From contig OZ024741.1 of NCBI GenBank assembly GCA_964016885.1, positions 114,080,001 through 114,144,000 of the forward strand: a stretch of DNA of 64,000 bases, given 5' to 3'. Of this stretch, positions 50,001 to 64,000 are shown piece after piece. This DNA is from Eledone cirrhosa. Its lineage: Eukaryota. The notes under the pieces were generated by a model, which worked only from the letters and a program-made list of their open reading frames with translations, did not search any database and was not told the origin of the DNA. Position numbers and translations under genes: made by a program. Position 1 is the first letter of the stretch. Every line of letters begins with the position of its first letter.

Positions 50001-53000
50001 ACACACACACTTCTTCATACACCCAGAACCACACACACTTCTACATACACCCAGAACCACACAGCAACACACTTCTACATATACCCAGAACCACACAGAG
50101 ACTTCTACATATACCCAGAACCACACAGAAACTTCTACATACACCCAGAACCACACAGAAACTTCTACATACACCCAGAACCAAACAGAAACTTTTACAT
50201 ATACCCAGAACCACACAGAAACTTCTACATACACCCAGAACCGCACAGAAACTTCTACATACACCCAGAACCAAACAGAAACTTCTACATATACCCAGAA
50301 CCACACAGAAACTTCTACATACACCCAGAACCACACAGAAACTTCTACATATACCCAGAACCACACAGAAACTTCTACATATACCCAGGATCACACAGAA
50401 ACTTCTACATATACCCAGGATCACACACACACTTCTACATATACCCAGATCCACACAGAGACTTCTACATATACCCAGAAGCACACACACTTCTACATAT
50501 ACCCAGAACCACACAGAAACTTCTACATACATCCAGGACCACACAGAATCTTCTATATACACCCAGGACCACACAGAAATTTCTATATACACCCAGGACC
50601 AAACAGAAACTTCTACATATACCCAGAACCACACATAAACTTCTACATATACCCAGAACCACACAGAAACTTCTACATATACCCAGGATCACACAGAAAC
50701 TTCTACATATACCCAGAACCACACAGAAACTTCTACATATAGCCAAAACTACACAGAAACTTCTACATATACCCAGGACCAAACAGAAACTTCTACATAT
50801 ACCCAGGACCAAACAGAAACTTCTATATACACCCAGGACCAAACAGAAACTTCTACATATACCCAGAACCATACAGAAACCTCTACATACACCCAGAACC
50901 AAACAGAAACTTCTACATATACACAGAACCACACATAAACTTCTACATACACCCAGAACCACACAGAAACTTCTACATATACCCAGAACCACACAGAAAC
51001 TTCTACATATACCCAGAACCACACAGAAACTTCTACATATACCCAGAACCACACAGAAACTTCTACATATACCCAGGATCACACAGAAACTTCTACATAT
51101 ACCCAGAACCACACAGAAACTTCTACATACACCCAGAACCACACAGAAACTTCTACATATACCCAGAACTACACAGAAACTTCTACATATACCCAGAACC
51201 ACAGAAACTTGTACATATACCCAGAACGACACAGAAACTTCTACATATACCCAGAAACACACAGAAACTTCTACATACACCCAGGATCACACAGAAACTT
51301 CTACATACACCCAGGATCACACACACTTCTACATATACCCAGAAACACACAGAAACTTCTACATATACCCAGAACCACACAGAAACTTCTACATATAGCC
51401 AGAACCACACAGAAACTTCTACATATACCCAGAACCACACAGAAACTTCTACATACACCCAGAAACACACAGAAACTTCTACATACACCCAGAACCACAC
51501 ACACACTTCTTCATACACCCAGAACCACACACACTTCTACATACACCCAGGACCACACACACTTCTACATATACCCAGAACCACACAGAGACTTCTACAT
51601 ATACCCAGAACCACACAGAAACTTCTACATACACCCAGAACCACACAGAAACTTCTACATACACCCAGAACCAAACAGAAACTTTTACATATACCCAGAA
51701 CCACACAGAAACTTCTACATACACCCAGAACCGCACAGAAACTTCCACATACACCCAGAACCAAACAGAAACTTCTACATATACCCAGAACCACACAGAA
51801 ACTTCTACATACACCCAGAACCACACAGAAACTTCTACATATACCCAGAACCACACAGAAACTTCTACATATACCCAGGATCACACAGAAACTTCTACAT
51901 ATACCCAGGATCACACACACACTTCTACATATACCCAGATCCACACAGAGACTTCTACATATACCCAGAAGCACACACACTTCTACATATACCCAGAACC
52001 ACACAGAAACTTCTACATACATCCAGGACCACACAGAATCTTCTATATACACCCAGGACCACACAGAAATTTCTATATACACCCAGGACCAAACAGAAAC
52101 TTCTACATATACCCAGAACCACACATAAACTTCTACATATACCCAGAACCACACAGAAACTTCTACATATACCCAGGATCACACAGAAACTTCTACATAT
52201 ACCCAGAACCACACAGAAACTTCTACATATAGCCAAAACTACACAGAAACTTCTACATATACCCAGGACCAAACAGAAACTTCTACATATACCCAGGACC
52301 AAACAGAAACTTCTATATACACCCAGGACCAAACAGAAACTTCTACATATACCCAGAACCACACAGAAACTTCTACATATACCCAGGATCACACAGAAAC
52401 TTCTACATATACCCTGAACCACACAGAAACTTCTACATACACCCAGAACCACACAGAAACTTCTACATACACCCAGAACCAAACAGAAACTTCTACATAT
52501 ACCCAGAACCACAGAGAAACTTCTACATACACCCAGAACCGCACAGAAACTTCTACATACACCCAGAACCAAACAGAAACTTCTACATATACCCAGAACC
52601 ACACAGAAACTTCTACATACACCCAGAACCACACAGAAACTTCTACATATACCCAGAACCACACAGAAACTTCTACATATACCCAGGATCACACAGAAAC
52701 TTCTACATATACCCAGGATCACACACACACTTCTACATATACCCAGATCCACACAGAGACTTCTACATATACCCAGAAGCACACACACTTCTACATATAC
52801 CCAGAACCACACAGAAACTTCTACATACATCCAGGACCACACAGAATCTTCTATATACACCCAGGACCACACAGAAATTTCTATATACACCCAGGACCAA
52901 ACAGAAACTTCTACATATACCCAGAACCACACATAAACTTCTACATATACCCAGAACCACACAGAAACTTCTACATATACCCAGGATCACACAGAAACTT

Positions 53001-56000
53001 CTACATATACCCAGAACGACACAGAAACTTCTACATATAGCCAAAACTACACAGAAACTTCTACATATACCCAGGACCAAACAGAAACTTCTACATATAC
53101 CCAGGACCAAACAGAAACTTCTATATACACCCAGGACCAAACAGAAACTTCTACATATACCCAGAACCACACAGAAACTGCTACATATACCCAGGATCAC
53201 ACAGAAACTTCTACATATACCCTGAACCACACAGAAACTTCTACATACACCCAGAACCACACAGAAACTTCTACATACACCCAGAACCAAACAGAAACTT
53301 CTACATATACCCAGAACCACATAGAAACTTCTACATACACCCAGAACCGCACAGAAACTTCTACATACACCCAGAACCAAACAGAAACTTCTACATATAC
53401 CCAGAACCACACAGAAACTTCTACATACACCCAGAACCACACAGAAACCTCTACATACACCCAGAACCACACAGAAACTTCTACATACACCCAGAACCAC
53501 ACAGAAACTTCTACATATACCCAGAACCACACACACTTCTACATATACTCAGAACCACACAGAAACTTCTACATACACCCAGAAGCACACAGAAACTTCT
53601 ACATATACCCAGAACCACACAGAAACTTCTACATACAGCCAAAACCACACAGAAACTTCTACATATACCCAGAACCACACAGAAACTTCTACATATACCC
53701 AGAACCACACACACTTCTACATATACTCAGAACCACACAGAAACTTCTACATACACCCAGAAGCACACAGAAACTTCTACATATACCCAGAACCACACAG
53801 AAACTTCTACATATACCCAGAACCACACACACTTCTACATACACCCAGAACCACACACACTTCTACATACACCCAGAATCACTCACACTTCTACATACAC
53901 CCAGAACCACACACACTTCTACATATACCCAGAACCACACACACACTTCTAAATACACCCAGAACCACACAGAGACTTCTACATACACCCAGGACCACAC
54001 AGAAACCTCTACATATACCCAGAACCACACAGGAACTTCTACATATACCCAGAACCACACAGAAACTTCTACATACACCCAGAACCACACAGAAACCTCT
54101 ATATATACCCAGAACCACACAGAAACTTCTACATATACCCAGGATCACACAGAAACTTCTACATATACCCAGGATCACACACACACTTCTACATATACCC
54201 AGATCCACACAGAGACTTCTACATATACCCAGAAGGACACACACTTCTACATATACCCAGAACCACACAGAAACTTCTACATACACCCAGGACCACACAG
54301 AATCTTCTATATACACCCAGGACCACACAGAATCTTCTACATATACCCAGAACCACACAGAAACTTCTATATACACCCAGGACCACACAGAAACTTCTAT
54401 ATACACCCAATACACCCAGGACCAAACAGAAACTTCTACATATACCCAGGACCAAACAGAAACTTCTACATACACCCAGAACCACACAGAAACTTCTACA
54501 TATACCCAGGACCAAACAGAAACTTCTACATATACCCAGGACCAAACAGAAACTTCTATATACACCCAGGACCAAACAGAAACTTCTATATATACCCAGG
54601 ACCAAACAGAAACTTCTACATATACCCAGAACCACACAGAAATTTCTACATGTACCCAGGACCAAACAGAAACGTCTATATACAGCCAGGACCAAACAGA
54701 AACTTCTATATACACCCAGGACCAAACAGAAACTTCTACATATACCCAGAACCACACAGAAACTTCTACATACACCCAGGACCACACACACTTCTACATA
54801 CACCCAGAACCATACAGAAACCTCTACATACACCCAGAACCAAACAGAAACTTCTACATATACACAGAACCACACATAAACTTCTACATACACCCAGAAC
54901 CACACAGAAACTTCTACATATACCCAGAACCACACAGAAACTTCTACATATACCCAGAACCACACAGAAACTTCTACATATACCCAGAACCACACAGAAA
55001 CTTCTACATATACCCAGGATCACACAGAAACTTCTACATATACCCAGAACCACACAGAAACTTCTACATACACCCAGAACCACACAGAAACTTCTACATA
55101 TACCCAGAACTACACAGAAACTTCTACATATACCCAGAACCACAGAAACTTGTACATATACCCAGAACGACACAGAAACTTCTACATATACCCAGAAACA
55201 CACAGAAACTTCTACATACACCCAGGATCACACAGAAACTTCTACATACACCCAGGATCACACACACTTCTACATATACCCAGAAACACACAGAAACTTC
55301 TACATATACCCAGAACCACACAGAAACTTCTACATATACCCAGAACCACACAGAAACTTCTACATATACCCAGAACCACACAGAAACTTCTACATACACC
55401 CAGAAACACACAGAAACTTCTACATACACCCAGAACCACACACACACTTCTTCATACACCCAGAACCACACACACTTCTACATACACCCAGGACCACACA
55501 CACTTCTACATATACCCAGAACCACACAGAGACTTCTACATATACCCAGAACCACACAGAAACTTCTACATACACCCAGAACCACACAGAAACTTCTACA
55601 TACACCCAGAACCAAACAGAAACTTTTACATATACCCAGAACCACACAGAAACTTCTACATACACCCAGAACCGCACAGAAACTTCTACATACACCCAGA
55701 ACCAAACAGAAACTTCTACATATACCCAGAACCACACAGAAACTTCTACATACACCCAGAACCACACAGAAACTTCTACATATACCCAGAACCACACAGA
55801 AACTTCTACATATACCCAGGATCACACAGAAACTTCTACATATACCCAGGATCACACACACACTTCTACATATACCCAGATCCACACAGAGACTTCTACA
55901 TATACCCAGAAGCACACACACTTCTACATATACCCAGAACCACACAGAAACTTCTACATACATCCAGGACCACACAGAATCTTCTATATACACCCAGGAC

Positions 56001-59000
56001 CACACAGAAATTTCTATATACACCCAGGACCAAACAGAAACTTCTACATATACCCAGAACCACACATAAACTTCTACATATACCCAGAACCACACAGAAA
56101 CTTCTACATATACCCAGGATCACACAGAAACTTCTACATATACCCAGAACCACACAGAAACTTCTACATATAGCCAAAACTACACAGAAACTTCTACATA
56201 TACCCAGGACCAAACAGAAACTTCTACATATACCCAGGACCAAACAGAAACTTCTATATACACCCAGGACCAAACAGAAACTTCTACATATACCCAGAAC
56301 CATACAGAAACCTCTACATACACCCAGAACCAAACAGAAACTTCTACATATACACAGAACCACACATAAACTTCTACATACACCCAGAACCACACAGAAA
56401 CTTCTACATATACCCAGAACCACACAGAAACTTCTACATATACCCAGAACCACACAGAAACTTCTACATATACCCAGAACCACACAGAAACTTCTACATA
56501 TACCCAGGATCACACAGAAACTTCTACATATACCCAGAACCACACAGAAACTTCTACATACACCCAGAACCACACAGAAACTTCTACATATACCCAGAAC
56601 TACACAGAAACTTCTACATATACCCAGAACCACAGAAACTTGTACATATACCCAGAACGACACAGAAACTTCTACATATACCCAGAAACACACAGAAACT
56701 TCTACATACACCCAGGATCACACAGAAACTTCTACATACACCCAGGATCACACACACTTCTACATATACCCAGAAACACACAGAAACTTCTACATATACC
56801 CAGAACCACACAGAAACTTCTACATATAGCCAGAACCACACAGAAACTTCTACATATACCCAGAACCACACAGAAACTTCTACATACACCCAGAAACACA
56901 CAGAAACTTCTACATACACCCAGAACCACACACACACTTCTTCATACACCCAGAACCACACACACTTCTACATACACCCAGGACCACACACACTTCTACA
57001 TATACCCAGAACCACACAGAGACTTCTACATATACCCAGAACCACACAGAAACTTCTACATATACCCAGAACCACACAGAAACTTCTACATATACCCAGG
57101 ATCACACAGAAACTTCTACATATACCCAGAACCACACAGAAACTTCTACATACACCCAGAACCACACAGAAACTTCTACATATACCCAGAACTACACAGA
57201 AACTTCTACATATACCCAGAACCACAGAAACTTGTACATATACCCAGAACGACACAGAAACTTCTACATATACCCAGAAACACACAGAAACTTCTACATA
57301 CACCCAGGATCACACAGAAACTTCTACATACACCCAGGATCACACACACTTCTACATATACCCAGAAACACACAGAAACTTCTACATATACCCAGAACCA
57401 CACAGAAACTTCTACATATAGCCAGAACCACACAGAAACTTCTACATATACCCAGAACCACACAGAAACTTCTACATACACCCAGAAACACACAGAAACT
57501 TCTACATACACCCAGAACCACACACACACTTCTTCATACACCCAGAACCACACACACTTCTACATACACCCAGGACCACACACACTTCTACATATACCCA
57601 GAACCACACAGAGACTTCTACATATACCCAGAACCACACAGAAACTTCTACATACACCCAGAACCACACAGAAACTTCTACATACACCCAGAACCAAACA
57701 GAAACTTTTACATATACCCAGAACCACACAGAAACTTCTACATACACCCAGAACCGCACAGAAACTTCCACATACACCCAGAACCAAACAGAAACTTCTA
57801 CATATACCCAGAACCACACAGAAACTTCTACATACACCCAGAACCACACAGAAACTTCTACATATACCCAGAACCACACAGAAACTTCTACATATACCCA
57901 GGATCACACAGAAACTTCTACATATACCCAGGATCACACACACACTTCTACATATACCCAGATCCACACAGAGACTTCTACATATACCCAGAAGCACACA
58001 CACTTCTACATATACCCAGAACCACACAGAAACTTCTACATACATCCAGGACCACACAGAATCTTCTATATACACCCAGGACCACACAGAAATTTCTATA
58101 TACACCCAGGACCAAACAGAAACTTCTACATATACCCAGAACCACACATAAACTTCTACATATACCCAGAACCACACAGAAACTTCTACATATACCCAGG
58201 ATCACACAGAAACTTCTACATATACCCAGAACCACACAGAAACTTCTACATATAGCCAAAACTACACAGAAACTTCTACATATACCCAGGACCAAACAGA
58301 AACTTCTACATATACCCAGGACCAAACAGAAACTTCTATATACACCCAGGACCAAACAGAAACTTCTACATATACCCAGAACCACACAGAAACTTCTACA
58401 TATACCCAGGATCACACAGAAACTTCTACATATACCCTGAACCACACAGAAACTTCTACATACACCCAGAACCACACAGAAACTTCTACATACACCCAGA
58501 ACCAAACAGAAACTTCTACATATACCCAGAACCACAGAGAAACTTCTACATACACCCAGAACCGCACAGAAACTTCTACATACACCCAGAACCAAACAGA
58601 AACTTCTACATATACCCAGAACCACACAGAAACTTCTACATACACCCAGAACCACACAGAAACTTCTACATATACCCAGAACCACACAGAAACTTCTACA
58701 TATACCCAGGATCACACAGAAACTTCTACATATACCCAGGATCACACACACACTTCTACATATACCCAGATCCACACAGAGACTTCTACATATACCCAGA
58801 AGCACACACACTTCTACATATACCCAGAACCACACAGAAACTTCTACATACATCCAGGACCACACAGAATCTTCTATATACACCCAGGACCACACAGAAA
58901 TTTCTATATACACCCAGGACCAAACAGAAACTTCTACATATACCCAGAACCACACATAAACTTCTACATATACCCAGAACCACACAGAAACTTCTACATA

Positions 59001-62000
59001 TACCCAGGATCACACAGAAACTTCTACATATACCCAGAACCACACAGAAACTTCTACATATAGCCAGAACTACACAGAAACTTCTACATATACCCAGGAC
59101 CAAACAGAAACTTCTACATATACCCAGGACCAAACAGAAACTTCTACATATACCCAGGACCAAACAGAAACTTCTATATACACCCAGGACCAAACAGAAA
59201 CTTCTATATATACCCAGGACCAAACAGAAACTTCTACATACACCCAGAACCACACACACTTCTTCATACACCCAGAACCACACACACTTCTACATATACC
59301 CAGGACCACACACACTTCTACATATACCCAGAACCACACAGAGACTTCTACATATACGCAGAACCACACAGAAACTTCTACATATACCCAGGAGCACACA
59401 GAAACTTCTACATACACCCAGAACCACACAGCAACATCTACATATACCCAGAACCACACAGAAACTTCTACATACACCCCGGACCACACACACTTCTACA
59501 TACATCCAGAACCACACAAAAACTTCTACATACACCCAGAACTACACAGAAACTTCTACATACACCAAGAACCACACAGAAACTTCTACATATACCCAGG
59601 ATCACACAGAAACTTCTACATATACCCAGGATCACACACACACTTCTACATATACCCAGATCCACACAGAGACTTCTACATATACCCAGAAGCACACACA
59701 CTTCTACATATACCCAGAACCACACAGAAACTTCTACATACATCCAGGACCACACAGAATCTTCTATATACACCCAGGACCACACAGAAATTTCTATATA
59801 CACCCAGGACCAAACAGAAACTTCTACATATACCCAGAACCACACATAAACTTCTACATATACCCAGAACCACACAGAAACTTCTACATATACCCAGGAT
59901 CACACAGAAACTTCTACATATACCCAGAACCACACAGAAACTTCTACATATAGCCAAAACTACACAGAAACTTCTACATATACCCAGGACCAAACAGAAA
60001 CTTCTACATATACCCAGGACCAAACAGAAACTTCTATATACACCCAGGACCAAACAGAAACTTCTACATATACCCAGAACCACACAGAAACTTCTACATA
60101 TACCCAGGATCACACAGAAACTTCTACATATACCCTGAACCACACAGAAACTTCTACATACACCCAGAACCACACAGAAACTTCTACATACACCCAGAAC
60201 CAAACAGAAACTTCTACATATACCCAGAACCACACAGAAACTTCTACATACACCCAGAACCACACAGAAACTTCTACATATACCCAGAACCACACAGAAA
60301 CTTCTACATATACCCAGGATCACACAGAAACTTCTACATATACCCAGGATCACACACACACTTCTACATATACCCAGATCCACACAGAGACTTCTACATA
60401 TACCCAGAAGCACACACACTTCTACATATACCCAGAACCACACAGAAACTTCTACATACATCCAGGACCACACAGAATCTTCTATATACACCCAGGACCA
60501 CACAGAAATTTCTACATATACCCAGAACCACACATAAACTTCTACATATACCCAGAACCACACAGAAACTTCTACATATACCCAGGATCACACAGAAACT
60601 TCTACATATACCCAGAACCACACAGAAACTTCTACATATAGCCAGAACTACACAGAAACTTCTACATATACCCAGGACCAAACAGAAACTTCTACGTATA
60701 CCCAGGACCAAACAGAAACTTCTATATACACCCAGGACCAAACAGAAACTTCTATATATACCCAGGACCAAACATAAACTTCTACATACACCCAGAACCA
60801 CACACACTTCTTCATACACCCAGAACCACACACACTTCTACATATACCCAGGACCACACACACTTCTACATATACCCAGAACCACACAGAGACTTCTACA
60901 TATACCCAGAACCACACAGAAACTTCTACATATACCCAGGACCACACAGAAACTTCTACATACACCCAGAACCACACAGCAACATCTACATATACCCAGA
61001 ACCACACAGAAACTTCTACATACACCCCGGACCACACACACTTCTACATACATCCAGAACCACACAGAAACTTCTATATACACCCAGAACTATACAGAAA
61101 CTTCTACATACACCAAGAACCACACAGAAACTTCTACATACACCTAGAACCACACAGAAACCTCTACATACACCCAGAACCACACAGAAACTTCTACATA
61201 CACCCAGAACCACACAGAAACCTCTACATATACACAGAACCACACAGAAACTTCTACATATACCCAGAACCACACAGAGACTTCTACATACACCCAGAAC
61301 CATACACACTTCTACATACACCCAGAACCACACAGAAACTTCTACATATATCCAGAACCACACAGAAACTTCTATATACACCCAGGACCACACAGAAACT
61401 TCTATATACACCCAGGACCAAACAGAAACTTCTACATATACCCAGGACCAAACAGAAACTTCTATATACACCCAGGACAAACAGAAACTTCTATATATAC
61501 CCAGGACCAAACAGAAACTTCTACATACACCCAGAACCACACAGAAACTTCTACATATACCCAGGACCAAACAGAAACTTCTACATATACCCAGGACCAA
61601 ACAGAAACTTCTATATACACCCAGGACCAAACAGAAACTTCTATATATACCCAGGACCAAACAGAAACTTCTACATATACCCAGAACCACACAGAAACTT
61701 CTACATATACCCAGAACCACACAGAAACTTCTACATATACCCAGGATCACACAGAAATTCTACATATACCCAGAAACACACAGTAACTTCTACATACACC
61801 CAGAACCACACAGAAACTTCTACATATACCCAGAACTACACAGAAACTTCTACATACACCCAGAACCACAGAAACTTGTACATATACCCAGAACCACACA
61901 GAAACTTCTACATATACCCAGAAACACACAGAAACTTCTACATACACCCAGGATCACACAGAAACTTCTACATACACCCAGGATCACACACACTTCTACA

Positions 62001-64000
62001 TATACCCAGAAACACACAGAAACTTCTACATATACCCAGAACCACACAGAAACTTCTACATATACCCAGAACCACACAGAAACTTCTATATATACCCAGA
62101 ACCACACAGAAACTTCTACATATACCCAGAACCACACAGAAACTTCTACATACACCCAGAAACACACAGAGACTTCTACATACACCCAGAACCACACAGA
62201 AACTTCTACATACACCAAGAAGCACACAGAAACTTCTACATACACACAGAACCACACAGAAACTTCTACATACACCCAGAACCACACACACTTCTACATA
62301 CACCCAGAACCACTCACACTTCTACATACACCCAGAACCACACACACTTCTACATACACCCAGAACCACACAGAGACTTCTACATACAGCCAGAACCACA
62401 GAGAAACCTCTACATATACACAGAACCACACAGAAACTTCTACATATACACAGAACCACACAGAAGCTTCTACATATACCCAGAACCACACAGAAACTTC
62501 TACATACACCCAGGACCACACAGAAACTTCTACATATACCCAGAACCACACAGAGACTTCTACATATACCCAGAACCATACACACTTCTACATACACCCA
62601 GAACCACACAGAAACTTCTACATATATCCAGAACCACACAGAAACTTCTATATACACCCAGGACCACACAGAAACTTCTATATACACCCAGGACCAAACA
62701 GAAACTTCTACATATACCCAGGACCAAACAGAAACTTCTATATACACCCAGGACCAAACAGAAACTTCTATATATACCCAGGACCAAACAGAAACTTCTA
62801 CATATATCCAGAACCACACAGAAACTTCTACATATACCCAGAACCACACAGAAACTTCTACATATACCCAGGATCACACAGAAACTTCTACATATACCCA
62901 GAACCACACAGAAACTTCTAAAAACACCCAGAACCACACAGAAACTTCTACATACACCCAGAACTACACAGAAACTTCTACATATACCCAGAACCACAGA
63001 AACTTGTACATATACCCAGAACCACACAGATACTTCTACATATACCCAGAAACACACAGAAACTTCTACATACACCCAGGATCACACAGAAACTTCTACA
63101 TACACCCAGGATCACACACACTTCTACATATACCCAGAAACACACAGAAACTTCTACATATACCCAGAACCACACAGAAACTTCTACATATACCCAGAAC
63201 GACACAGAAACTTCTACATATACCCAGAACCACACAGAAACTTCTACATATACCCAGAACCACACAGAAACTTCTACATACACACAGAAACTTCTACATA
63301 CACCCAGAACCACACACACTTCTTCATACACCCAGAACCACACACACTTCTACATACACCCAGGACCACACACACTTCTACATATACCCAGAACCACACA
63401 GAGACTTCTACATATACCCAGAACCACACAGAAACTTCTACATATACCCAGAACCCGACAGAAACTTCTACATACACCCAGAACCACACAGAAACTTCTA
63501 CATATTCCCTGAACCACACAGAGACTTCTACATACACCCAGAACCACACACACTTCTACATACACCCAGAAGCACACAGAAACTTCTACATATACCCAGA
63601 ACCACAGAGAAACTTCTACATATACCCAGAACCACACAGAAACTTCTACATATACCCAGAACCACACAGAAACTTCTACATACACCCAGAATCACACAGA
63701 AACTTCTACATACACCCAGAACCAAACAGAAACTTCTACATATACCCAGAACCACACGGAAACTTCTACATACACCCAGAACCACACAGAAACTTCTACA
63801 TATACCCAGAACCACACAGAAACTTCTACATATACCCAGGATCACACAGAAACTTCTACATATACCCAGGATCACACACACACTTCTACATATACCCAGA
63901 TCCACACAGAGACTTCTACATATACCCAGAAGCACACACACTTCTACATATACCCAGAACCACACAGAAACTTCTACATACACCCAGGACCACACATAAT
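35043..64000. repeat. At least 29 kb of 30-bp minisatellite/satellite array with higher-order structure
   Basis: Consensus ACTTCTACATAYACCCAGRACCAMACAGAA with 28-bp variants; runs off the window end. Confidence 0.99.

Noticed and set aside
35000-63999. Very long ORFs (up to 1503 aa) read as mucin-like or repeat-protein genes
   Set aside because: Open in nearly all frames, freely frameshifted by 28-bp units, with no signal peptide or unique domain; explained by the tandem repeat
35043-64000. CRISPR array (30-bp repeats)
   Set aside because: Repeats are contiguous with no unique spacers, there are no cas genes, and the context is eukaryotic

Overview
Repeat-dominated eukaryotic DNA with no intact host protein-coding gene that I can support. 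The SINE types, RTE LINEs with (GAT)n tails and dense TA/CA microsatellites suggest an octopus or other cephalopod genome (inference). The left half holds three defective copies of one RTE-clade LINE (one near full length) whose ORF carries a PHD-type C4HC3 finger right after the RT core. It also holds partner tRNA-derived SINEs, fragments of CR1/L2-like, L1/Tx1-like and older RTE LINEs, a ~0.85 kb complex satellite array, hexamer, pentamer and telomere-like tracts, and several inverted repeats. The right half (~31.95 kb to the window end) is a 30-bp minisatellite with kilobase-scale higher-order duplications, interrupted by a 5'-truncated CR1 LINE; its long ORFs are most likely artefacts. Most notable: (i) minimal type I hammerhead ribozyme motifs of the Penelope/retrozyme kind, in a head-to-head inverted repeat at 22.5-22.9 kb and as a non-canonical variant in a 374-bp tandem and dispersed repeat; (ii) a minus-strand Pol II promoter-like cluster (TATA, TCT-like initiator, YY1, ATG|GTAAGT) overlapping a 150-bp palindrome at ~28.9-29.1 kb. 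I see no clearly new biological system; these are candidates for testing.
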